This document shows positions 52,901 through 64,000 of a stretch of DNA of 64,000 nucleotides, piece after piece. The stretch is taken from assembly GCA_025201805.1 (NCBI GenBank), contig MU619321.1, positions 62,001 to 126,000 of the forward strand, given 5' to 3'. Made by a program: the position numbers and the translations under genes. Numbering within the stretch: position 1 is the first letter of the stretch; each line of letters starts with the position of its first letter. The stretch is from Parasitella parasitica NRRL 2501 (lineage: Eukaryota; Fungi; Mucoromycota). The notes below the pieces were generated by a model that did no database searches, was not told where the DNA came from, and was given only the letters and a program-made list of their open reading frames with translations.

Positions 52901-55900
52901 TGCTCAAGACACCAGCCTGCTGAATTATCGTAGACATTATTTGGCCCTCTCCAATTCATGGATGACCATTTGTTGCAGGGAGTTGAAGGAACCATCACCC
53001 AGTACATTTAGATCAGCGCTGCAACAGTGGGGTATTCTGCTTAAAAAAATCACACCCATCTACTACTATGGTGACTCTTCGAAATTGGACATCAAACAGG
53101 TATACGACGAAATTGATGATTTGGACCAGTTCTATGACCATATGCGCATGCTTGTAGATTTGTTTGGTATCACTGGGGATATCATGCATCAAATCTGTGC
53201 ACTGCGCATACTGCTCAAGTTGAATAACGGCTTACGAGATGTCCAAGTAGACCACATATCAGAATCAATCATCCTCAGTTCAACCATTGGCAAACTATAC
53301 TGTAAACTTGGCTACACTGGAAAAGCAGCGGTAGAGTTCAGACATGCTGGAAATGCTGTATCAAACAAACCGTGTAATAGTCATGCTGAGCTGGTGTATC
53401 GCGTGAATTATTCATACTATCTAGCATGTATTGGCGATTATGACACAAGGCAAGTTGAATGTATGCACTTTTTTTTTTTTTATTTTTTTTTATTTACTTA
53501 TTTATTTACTCGTACTCATTCCTAGCGTAGTAAGGAAGTGTTTAATGCCACAAAAATTGTATGGCAAAACACGCCAATCGTTGACCAACGAGATCCACTT
53601 ACAACTGTCAAATCATACACTACACGTTGCATACTCCTAGCAGATATTTACCTGGCGCTTTCCCTCATTCAAGCCAAGACAGAAGATCTTGATTCTGCCA
53701 TTGACAGCGCTACAGCCTCTCTCCAGCTTTTGAACAAATGCATTCAAATTGTACAAAAGTCGCAGGAAAAGCAACAAGGCACCACAGAGCTTGAGGATCC
53801 ATTCAACGCACCTCCACCGGAACAGCAAGAAGCCCGTAAAATTGTGTTTCGCGAATCTCAATGGAAATTGGCAGAAAAGACTAGCAGCTGTTTACACACA
53901 CTGGCCGAATTACTGGTACACAAGGGCTCCCCCAACGAAGCAAAATACTTTGTAAAGCAAGCCCCCTTATTAGCTGAAAAGGTGAATTCCACTTCTATGC
54001 TTTTTGATGCTCATTTGGAAGCGTGTGATTTCTATCTGAGATGTGGCGATGTGAGCAAATCTCAAGATGAACTAGAAATTGCTATGCGTTTCCGGGATCC
54101 AGAGGGCTTAGCTCTGGTAAAACTCAAAGTTGCGATGGCTAATCTTGCTGTAGCCAATGAATATTACGACATTGCAGTAGAGACGTTCGATGGCGCAAAC
54201 GATTTACTGGTACATCTGTCAGATAAAAAGGAGATCGTGACATTAGAGGAGCTGATTGATGCGAATGAAGAACGTAAACGAGGCAAGGTGAATTTTGCAG
54301 GCCAAGCTGATGGTAAGGAAAACTCGACAAGTAAACTCAAGTCTATGAGACTCACATTACTGTCAACTATAGACTCTGAACTGTTTGACTGCCTGCCTTT
54401 ACGGCAATTCCTCGTCTCCAACACTATTAGCAAAGGTAAAAAAAAAAAGCAAAGGTCATGAACGAGCACAGACATCTAAGAACCTAAAAAAACATACACA
54501 CAAAATAGCTCAAGCTCTTGCTGAAAAAGGTGAAATTGAAGATGCTCTCAAAATTTTAGAGTCATTACAAGGAGCGGATTTGAGCAATTCTAATGAAATC
54601 GAAACAATTGCAGTAACGGGACACCTGAGGCTACGAATGATACGCCAGGACTTTTCAATGCATCCAAAACAAAGGCTCTTATTCAACGAAACAGTCGCTT
54701 TGCCAGCAATGAAAACACAGCTGGCTCGTAGTGGTGCTGGTGGCCTTATCAAGAAACCTGCCGGTGACTCTGACCTACGGGCAATGCGAGATGCCTTGAC
54801 GCTGTCAATGAACCATATGTCGGATGCACAGAAAAATGGCTGGAATCGGCAACGTGCCATCACTATCCAGAATCTATGCAAAGACGCAAGCTATGCAATG
54901 GTCTTGAGCCATCAAATGGCCAGCAACAGTCGTATGATGGTTAACAACTATTCTCTACACAGCTCATATTACCTGTCTATGGCCAACGGTGTCAATATGC
55001 GTCGTGAGATGCAATATTGCCTTGGGATCAAGCTCAACCAGTCCTTTGCCGGCCATGCGCCAAGTGATAAAGAATGGCCTATGAGCTCTGAAGAGAAGCA
55101 AGATTATTATGAGCGACTTGCAAGAATGTCGCGCAATCCTAATTGGCTCCAAGGGCATTTAAAGACATTGCAGGAACTTTATCATGAAGAATCCGAGACG
55201 AACGACGCTGAATTTCAAGCAAAATTTGTCGATATCTTGCCTGCCAACTGGACCATTTGCTCACTTAGTTTGGATACAGGAAACGGTGATTTATACGCAG
55301 TTCAACTGAGAGCAAAGGAGCCACCTTTCGCTGTAAAGTTGCCCTTGGATCGTGCTAACCATCGTCCTGGTAACAGCAGCTCCTACGATAGTGAGCAGTA
55401 CGTCGATGCCGTTGCCGAACTAAAAGATATCATTCAGGGCAGTGACGAGACTATTACCAATAGCGTCAACTGCAATCAAGCTGGTCAAATTGAAGCTTGG
55501 TGGAATACTCGTAAAAGCCTCGATGCAAGATTGAAAAAGCTGCTGGAGAATATAGAAAACCAATGGTTGAGTGGATTCAAGGGGATTCTGGTTGGGCGCA
55601 ACAGAGAATACAAAGAAGAGGTGGTTAAATTTCACAAAGCAATGAATGAGATCATCTCCAAGACAGTGAACGGAGTCATTGCGACAAAGCTAAGGGTTGA
55701 GTTGAGCCTGGCTTTCTGTCGCACAGTTGTCCGTCTAGGTCGACACCCTACCACTCGTGATTTGGAGGACGTTGCTTACTTTGCCTTGTCATGCTACGAA
55801 ACGCAAGATATCCGAATTGATTATACCCAGATCGACTTTAAAAAGGTAAATTGATTATTTCTGGAGAAAGACCTCCTTACCTAACTGTGCCGTCTAGCTG

Positions 55901-56743
55901 ATTGAACATATTCGACTCTTGATTACTCGCTACCATGAAAGATCCGTTATGGCTGGTATTGATTCCACCAAAAATATACCCAATGACCACATCATCCTCA
56001 TCCTGGATAAACACTTGCAAATGTTCCCCGTAGAATCCATGCCCGTTCTTCGCTCACAACCTGCTTCTCGATTACCATGCTTATCATTTCTCAGGGACCG
56101 CATTTTATACACACAATCTCAAAACGCAAAAGAGGCGTATGATGATTTTGGATTCTCGGCCCCTAGCGAATGGGCAGATTTAACTGTGTCTAGGGATAGC
56201 GCTTTTTACGTGCTGAATCCTGGTGGCGATCTAAAAGACACTCAAAAGGAGTTTGAGCCTATTTTCAGGGACATGTCTGGATGGGATGGAGTCATTGAAA
56301 CCATGCCTATGGAATTACAATGCAGAGATGCGCTACAATCACGAGACGTATACATGTATTTTGGCCACAGTGCGGGACAAGCGTTTATGAGAGGTACGAC
56401 GGTAAGGCAACTTCCTACCTGTGCTGTATCTCTCTTGATGGGATGTAGCAGTGGCATCATGGAGGCAAAGGGCGAATTCGATCTAAATGGTTATGTGCTG
56501 AATTATTTACTTGCGGGAAGCCCTGCCGTGGTTGCCAATTTATGGGATGTAACAGATAGAAGTATCGACAAGCTGACAAAATACATGTTGCACACTTGGG
56601 GAATGCTGAAAAAATCAAACGACACATCCAAATCACTCGTACAGGCAGTTGCTCTATCAAGAAATCAATGCAAATTGAGCTATCTTATAGGGGCTGCTCC
56701 TGTTGTTTACGGTATTCCTGTATACTTGAATAATGCTAAATGA
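49976..56743 (+). CDS. ESP1: Separase (peptidase C50), multi-exon
   Basis: Long helical N-terminal region. C-terminal WWNTRKSLDARLKKLLENIE..WLSGFKG, LILDK.LQ.FPVES.P.L, YVLNPGGDL..TQ..F, catalytic YFGHSAG and LMGCSSG, VANLWDVTD, GAAPVVYG.P. Confidence 0.96.
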
Positions 56744-56804
56744 TTGAATATTTGTAGATTTCATCATGTAAATAAAATGCTTTATTTGTGAATTTTTATA
56801 TTGT

Positions 56805-58091
56805 TCACCAAGGCTGAGGAGGGCGATATGGTTGTGGAGGAAGGTGGGGAGGTACATTCATCGAAGCAGCCGGCGGAGGGACGTAATAGCCTTGTCTTGG
56901 TTGTTGCTGAGACCCGGGGCCATTATTAGCTGGAGGATAAGGGCTAAATTGTTGGTTTGAAGAATTGATAGGTTGAGATGATGGCGTCTGACCAACAAGG
57001 GAAGGAGGAGTTTGGATATATGATGGGTGCATTTGCTGTTGCAAATGCTGTTGGGGCTGCTGCTTTGGCTGCTGTTGGTATTGAGGCTGTTGTGCCTGAG
57101 ATTGCTGTGCCTGAGGTGGCTGCTGCGTCTGAGGATGTTGGTGCGATGGATTTACAGAAGCAATATTGGGTGTTGTCATAGCAGATGAGCTGCTATTAAT
57201 GTTTGTGCTCATAGAATTACTAGACGGAGGGCAATATGGAACAGTGCCAGAAGATGTCATTTTTGGAGACAAGCTAGTTAATTCCTTCACAGAAGATTTC
57301 TCTTTGGCTTCTGTTTCATTTGTCAGAAAAGAAGCTATTACATGCATGTTAGTAGACTTTTTTTTTTTCATTTTACTACGACTATTGTCAAACCTAATTC
57401 AGCAGGAGTCAATCTATGAAGCTTCTTGGCTTGCTCTTCGTTCACCACATTGTGCTCTTTAGTCACGCTCAAAGACTGGATCAATTGATCCAATTTGTCT
57501 CTAATGTCAATCAAAGTCGAGATTTCAGCTGTATCTTGCTGTCGTTGCTTGGTCTGATTAGCTTTATCATAAATGGTAACTTTAAGCAAGTTATTGATAG
57601 AGATGGCATGTGTAATATCAATGTCATCTACTGTGTCGTTAGTTTACCGCTGGTTACTGGATAATCATGCATCTAGCCTTACACACCTAATAAACTAATC
57701 ATATCTCCCTCTACATGTATTGAGCACACAATGAAACTCGGCATTAATAATGATGATTTAAAGATTATTTATGCACGCAGACAATATACCTTCATCTTGA
57801 TATTTCAGCGTAATGTCTTCTGAAGATTTGATATCTTGCTTAAATACGCGATACATCATCACGCATAGCCTATTGCCACGGTTATTTCGTTATTCTGAAG
57901 CAAAATCTTAACTTACTCATCATAGGTTGGTACGCCATTAATAGGTATGCGACGAATATCATTTCCAAAACGGCCTAATTGCTGTGTATTAGTTTTACTT
58001 GTTACATGTTGTCAGTATTACATTTAATATAGTTACATTTCACAATGATATCTCCCGTAACAATCTTTCGAAGATTAGTGTAATCAGTCAT
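56805..58091 (-). CDS. TFG: TFG-like protein (N-terminal PB1 domain, coiled coil, P/Q-rich tail), 6 exons
   Basis: Spliced MTDYTNLRKIVTGDIIVKCRFGNDIRRIPINGVPTYDELCVMMYRVFK...EDITLKYQDEEGDMISLLDDIDITHAISINNLLKVTIY...LIDIRDKLDQLIQSL. Matches the recalled TFG PB1 ([27 protein letters not shown]...KYKDEDGDLITI). Confidence 0.85.
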
Positions 58092-58921
58092 ACCAGTAGC
58101 AGGAAAAGTTAGGAAAAGTGTAGGCGAAAAAAAAAAAAAAAAAAAAAAATCTTGAAGAGGTCTTTCGATACACACCTGACACTTTCGCCGTTTAGAAGTG
58201 TCCTAAGGATGCGTGTTGCATAGGCATTTACACTGTAAAACGACAGAACATAGTTCAGCAAGTAAAATCCCAAGATCTAGCTGTCAAAATCCCATGGATC
58301 AGCCAAAATAAAATTTTCGTATTTAGATTTGAGCATGCTTTTTCTAGTAAGTTTCTTTAATTTTGCGAGTAAGTGGAGGTGAAGTTGTCGAAACGAACAA
58401 TATGCAGAATTGCAAGACGATGAAAGTTTCGTAGCGATCTACTAATCAATACAATGATAAAGATGGGAAATCCACATAATTTACATCCTCAGATGAGGTT
58501 TAATCTCTATAGAAATCTATATAAACTTACACGTTATGCGTATATGATCAAAGGGAAGAATCCTTGAGGGTTTTGTTATCGAAAATGAATTTTTTGAAGT
58601 GTCTGATCAGGTAGTTTACATAAAAACTTTGGTATTACTATTATGAGGAATTAGCTATCCATGGGCTTTTCTTTGAGAAGAATCTCCTATTTTTGAATGT
58701 TACCATGCCCTGAATGCTTCTTGTTCCTGTAAACTTGATATTCAGCAAAAGATTTGCTACTACAACAAAATTAGGATATCGAATATTATCTATGACTGAT
58801 CGTCAAACATACATCCGTTTTTTTTTACAACTGTCATTTGCCATCTCGTTTCACTGTTTAGCCATATTTAATCCTGAGAGGTTTCGATGCTATGGAATTC
58901 ACTCAGACATTAGTATTCGAA

Positions 58922-58923
<2 letters not shown>

Positions 58924-58990
<67 letters not shown>
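58924..58990 (+). repeat. Poly(A) run of ~67 nt
   Basis: Directly visible homopolymer; its length is unreliable. Confidence 0.8.
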
Positions 58991-58993
<3 letters not shown>

Positions 58994-59421
58994 AGGCCAT
59001 GACACATACATATAGTAGATGTGATGATACTGACTTATTGTGATTACCAACCCCTTAGATTTGTCTCAAGAGTGTGGCAATAACACTCGATACTTGAAAA
59101 TCGCCATAAATTATGATGCAAACAGAGAGCTGCCAATGTATAGTTGCTATTTTGGAAGAGGTGACGCACAAAACGCAAACACAAAACAAAGCATTAGGAG
59201 CAGTCTGGGTTTGCGTCGTAAATGTGGTAATAGTGGATGCTTGCTACAAACAACAATAAGTTTCGAGGTTGGCAGTATTAGCCACTCCCCTNNNNNNNNN
59301 NNNNNNNNNNNTTTTGCTTACTTGCTTACTTGCTTGCTTATTTTATACGAATAATTTTTCTTTATCTCTTTCTTTCTCTTTCTCTTTTTCCTTCTTGTTC
59401 TTATATCCTTAGAGTGTCAAA

Positions 59422-59739
59422 ATGGGATTTATTGAAAAGTTAAAAACACAATATGATTTGCACCAAGTGAACAGATACACCAAACGACGAGAAGCACAGT
59501 CTGATTTCGAATTCAAGGACAAAGATTACTATCGAGCTACATACCGAGACGGTGTGTATTCTTGTGAAGACAGTATGCCTTCATTCTCTCGTAGATCATC
59601 ATCTTCTTCTCGTAGATCAGTTGGTGCATGGTTTACGGTGCCTGAATTGCTTCGAAAAACCACCAAAAAGAAGAGAAGGTCGCTCGCAACTGAACAAAAT
59701 AAAACTTCAGAATCATATACGCTGGGTCTCTCATGCTAA
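59422..59739 (+). CDS. Small basic hypothetical protein (105 aa)
   Basis: Clean ORF after a pyrimidine-rich leader. The start [23 protein letters not shown]...Y.DG.Y resembles a small conserved fungal protein family (from recall). Confidence 0.75.
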   Translation: MGFIEKLKTQYDLHQVNRYTKRREAQSDFEFKDKDYYRATYRDGVYSCEDSMPSFSRRSSSSSRRSVGAWFTVPELLRKTTKKKRRSLATEQNKTSESYTLGLSC

Positions 59740-61276
59740 CAAAATACATACACATGGTACATACTATACACTCTTATTTTATACAATCTAATACAAATAA
59801 CAATAATAAATGTACGTAAACATAACATCATCATTCATGATCTACTAGTGTCATTTCCTCATATAGCCATAACATGAAATGCTAATGTTATGCTGGGCAT
59901 GGAATATGTTTGGAGGCAAATATATGCATGTATATATTTATATATATATTGATATGGTCCTTACACTCTCCTAGCCATCCCCTATCTCCATTTTCTTCTT
60001 TTCTATATCTCTATCTCTTTCGCCGTTTCCCAGGATTGATATCACATTACACAAAAGCGAAGAAACATGACTATAAATCCAGTAGTTTTTCCGCATTATG
60101 ATACATTATAACCTTAATAATAGTGTATGTAAGCAAGGAAACAAAAGGGTAAAGGGCTTTCATGCACACGGGGAAAAGACATATCATTGGTTTACGGCTG
60201 TCATTCTAGAGATCTACTATATGCTCTTGCTCTTGTTACTACAGCGATCTCCCTAAAAGACGAAGAAAAGGGAATGGACAGGTTATATAATAAATTGCCT
60301 TTTTTGATCTAGCAGCTTATTTGAACATTTATGAACATTACACTACGTAAATTTCCCAAGTATCACACGATGCTTATTAATGATAAATGTATAGAATTAA
60401 TTCTAATTATTATCGTTTATATTGTACAAGCCTTCTCTGAAAGAAATAACTTGATGTCACAGCAAACAATGAAAAGAAGGTGCATTTTATATACAAAGAT
60501 ATGATAAACTATACTATGACACTAACACGTGAGATCAGAGATGGGACGACAGTTGTAATATAGAATAAATTGCAAAAAGTAGTAGACAAATGTTTACTCT
60601 TGTACCTGATATAGTTTCCAAGTTCACGTGTGCATTATTCAATTGTAAGATTGGGAATAATCAACGTATTCTTCTATTCAAACGATATTGTATAGTTAAA
60701 TGTAAATTATATAAATATCTTATTATAATGAATACCAGTTGCTTAAGAATGAATTGTAATTTGTACTATATCAATGCTATATTAATAAATAATAAAAAAG
60801 GGCAGAGTTAGATAATACTATATAAAGCAACACAAAATCGAACACAACAAAATTATGTCAAAAAGCCATTTTGAGCAATCTAATTTCGCCCTGTACAACA
60901 AGAACAATGTCCAAGATGCTAATTAATTTAGCAACATATAATAGATCATGGCCTTCAATGACCAAGTATCAGACAGCTTATGTATAGAGGACATTACAGA
61001 CATTGATAAAATGTCATGAAAGCAAGACAACAGATAATGAAGCACCAGCGACTGTTTGACGAGGTTTATAAAAAGCTGTGCCTTGCAAACGACGATGTAT
61101 ATGATAACTGCAAGTTAAACAACCGCATCCACAGCACAACTAATTTATTCTTGATTGATTGTATGTATAAATATAACATGTATATAAGACCTATCCCTCT
61201 TTTTCTCTAATCTTTTGTTTTTATCATATTATCTTTTTTTTTTTCTTTTTTTTTTTTTTTACATCCTAGGAACGAC

Positions 61277-62923
61277 ATGAACGCTCGAACCATTATTATT
61301 GGAGAATATCAAGTCTCGCCAACTGTATCATTTTGTCTATATCAATTATCTTCGCCACTAGTGACACCACCCCGATCATTAAACACTCAAGATCAGCAGG
61401 AGCAATATTTCAACTACTATTGCTTGGAAGACTTGTTTGCGATTTTTGACCTTCATTTGATCAAACATGATCTAGTTCGTTCTTACCGACACTGTCGTGC
61501 ATTATTTTGTAAAGATGAAGAGGGTCGCTGCTACATCCAAACACATCTCATGGCCGAAATTGCTCAAAAAAACAATAACTGTGCATTAGCTGATCTATGC
61601 CGCCTACCAGATGATGAGCTGCTAGCAGGCGGTGCTATACCTTTATTAAAAATGACCACATTTGTTCGTTTGTTTGATAAGCCGGCTGCGATGTCGCTAG
61701 ATTTCGAAGCAAGACCACTACAGGGCATGGAGTGGTTCCTCCAACAGAGCAAGATAAAATTAGAGCCGTTTTCGCCAACATTGTCGGCATTCATCTCGCC
61801 ATCAAGCTCACCTCATCCAAGGTAATTGTCATCCCCTTTTCTTTCTCCTTTTATTATATTACATGGGTGCTACACTAAATGTATGTCAGTCGATCCAAAA
61901 TTGGCTATTGTACCCTCTTGTGAGTAACCAGAAGTTAATTGTATTTTTTTTAAAAATAGGACACCTCGTCTGTCATCGAGTGCTTCTTCTTCCCATTCAT
62001 ACATTTCACATATGGCCAATACATCCCCCGGAAACCAAGACAATGTCATCACCAATCTACCAAAGCCCTCTTCATTGTTATTAAAGAGACTTGCACCCAA
62101 ACATGGCTACAAGAAGAATTTAACTATTCTAACGCCATCTTACAATGGCCACGATGACGTTCATGCCAACAGCATTCAGTCGGCTCCCTTAAGACGATCA
62201 ACTATCCCACCTTTTAACAAAAATAACAAAATATCCAAGAAACCCTCCCCCCTCCCGTCTTTTCTAACTGTCAAAAGCCTCAACTCCCGCCGTCTGGTTG
62301 CGCCTGCTACAGCCTCTGCTGCATCAGCACCATGGCCAAAGACATCTGCTCAAGCAACATTTCCTAGCCCTCCTATTGTGCCTTCGCAACAGCCAACATG
62401 GGGGCAATATCGCCAGCAGCGCCAAAACAAGCTCAAGCCCGCCATCAAAACTGCAACCATGCCATATTTCCCCCGCACACCTGTAACATCGTCATCCAAC
62501 GCCAACAATGCACCAATACCATCATCACTTTCTCAAAAGCAAAAGTTCCTGCAACCATTCGAATTCCTGTACGATCACATAGAACAAACTCGCACATTAA
62601 AAACCACATTAGATGACCACATCCGTCGCTCCTCGACATTGATTCAGACATTACAATCTTCTAGCGCTACGGTCGAGTATCTTGTGCGTCGACAAGTACG
62701 AGATGTGATGGATCAGAGGTTCGAGATTAAACTGAAGGAATGCACTGAAAGACTTGCTCGACTAGAACAGCGATTGCCAACTAAAGATATACCCATTTCC
62801 CCATCGATCTCTCCATCTCTCAGACGTCCAAAAATGGCAGCGTCAACAGAGCCTATCCAAAATTTAATCTCCCAGCTCATGAATAGAATTGATCACTTGG
62901 AGACCAAGTTAAAGAAACAATAG
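61277..62923 (+). CDS. Hypothetical protein, 2 exons: globular N-domain, S/P-rich middle, C-terminal coiled coil
   Basis: ORF 61277-61821 is joined in frame by intron 61822-61959 to the ORF ending at 62923. C-terminal KQKFLQPFEFLYDHIEQTRTLKTTLDDHIRRS. Confidence 0.8.
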
Positions 62924-63119
62924 TTTTCGAATGTATACACATGTAGTAATTTATACCCGTTATTAGGCAGCTATAAAAAAAGGACCTTTTTGTAAAAATA
63001 AATCAAATTTCCACCACGTTACGCAGACGTTTTTTTTTTTAGAATTTGATACCTTTGTATCTAAAAAGACTCGTGTGATTTATTTGTAGAGACAAATAGT
63101 CCCTGGTAAGCTGTAGAGT

Positions 63120-64000
63120 TTAATCAAAGAAGCCACTGTTATCTTCATCGTATTCTTCCTGTTGAGTGAAAGCCATAAATTATGAACGTCCTTGGTAAAA
63201 ATAAAAATAAAAATAAAAAAAAATGCGATAAACTTACATAGGTAGTGGTGCCATCGGGATCAATCGTAGTGACTAGATCAAATTGGTTTGCATTAGCTCA
63301 ACACATACGGACAGTCGATAATTTAAATGTTTACCTTGTACATCATTGTCGAACCATCCGTCTTCTCTTTCAGTGATTGTTTGTCGGCCGTATTCATCTA
63401 TTGTATACAATATCAGTGCCTCCTGAACTTTGATTTCGTGGATGTTATACATTTACCAGAAGTGATTACAGTCTCTTTGTCGGGTCCAAACCAACCGCCA
63501 TCTTCGCGAATAATAGTAGTCTGAGTATTTCCCCCATCAACTTGTGGATAATCCCCTGGATTATAGTTGCCATATCCACCATCATATGGTTGTTGGGGCG
63601 GAGGGTTATAAGAAGGCTGCTGTTCTAATACGAGCATTAGTGATGGCATTGATTGCAACAAACTATGTACTTACGATACTCTAGAGCATTCTGCTCCTGC
63701 TCTAGACGCTCGATGCGATTGTTTTGATCCTGTTCATGTTGCACAATGCTTCCAATAGCTAAACCACCAGCAATACCCGCTGCCGCAGCACCAGCCACTT
63801 TCATACTTGAAGAAATACCATTTGATTTGGGTGGATATCCTTGTTGATATATTTGGGGAGCTGGGTATCCTTGTTGAGGGTATGCCTGTTGTCTTTGTTG
63901 CTGCTGCTGTTGAGGTGAATTTCCATAAGATGATGCGTGAGATGGAGGGGGAGGGTAAGGACTGCTACTTCCAAGAGATGGCTGATGTTGAGGCGGAGGA
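63120..64000 (-). CDS. 3' part of a multi-exon Pro/Gln/Gly/Tyr-rich hypothetical protein (starts beyond the window)
   Basis: Open exons separated by GT-AG introns: ..GGLAIGSIVQHEQ..; IIREDGGWFGPDKETVITS; TITEREDGWFDNDVQ; VTTIDPDGTTTY; QEEYDEDNSGFFD*. Confidence 0.7.

Noticed and set aside
58178-58202. GACACTT...AAGTGTC hairpin upstream of TFG
   Set aside because: A 7-bp stem is expected by chance in 64 kb.
58714-59043. Poly-Lys ORF
   Set aside because: It is only a translation of a poly(A) run, with no other coding signal.
3902-63640. U12-type introns, prompted by the SNRNP25 gene
   Set aside because: None of the donors I traced has the RTATCCTT signature. All are GT (or GC) major-type.

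Overview
AT-rich, intron-dense fungal genomic DNA. The short GT-AG introns (~45-70 nt), the gene content and the repeat types point to Mucorales (Rhizopus/Mucor-like); this assignment is inference. The window holds one tRNA-Gly(GCC) and about 23 protein genes: zeta-COP, a C2H2 transcription factor, the U11/U12 snRNP 25-kDa protein head-to-head with STRAP/Unrip, ATP-dependent PEPCK, a Gti1/Pac2 (WOPR) regulator, PP2C, Sec1, PDH E1-beta, exportin-T, an Srk1/Rck2-like kinase, NC2-beta, an Aim32/Apd1-type ferredoxin, Sec2, an RNI-like LRR protein, a MOT1-type molybdate transporter, COG6, separase, a TFG-like PB1 protein and several orphans. Transposon debris includes three copies of one solo LTR (two with intact 5-bp TSDs, two forming an inverted pair), a MITE-like element, a dead Tc1/IS630 transposase, a Helitron fragment and a LINE fragment. 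I found no clearly demonstrable new multi-gene system. The best leads are the tightly packed orphan pair at 35.3-36.6 kb (a Nop56/58-like fragment and a CxxCxxC protein), the SNRNP25/STRAP bidirectional pair, a fungal TFG homolog, a 7-nt Sec1 micro-exon and the long G-rich PDB1 intron. Family assignments come from recalled motifs, not database searches.
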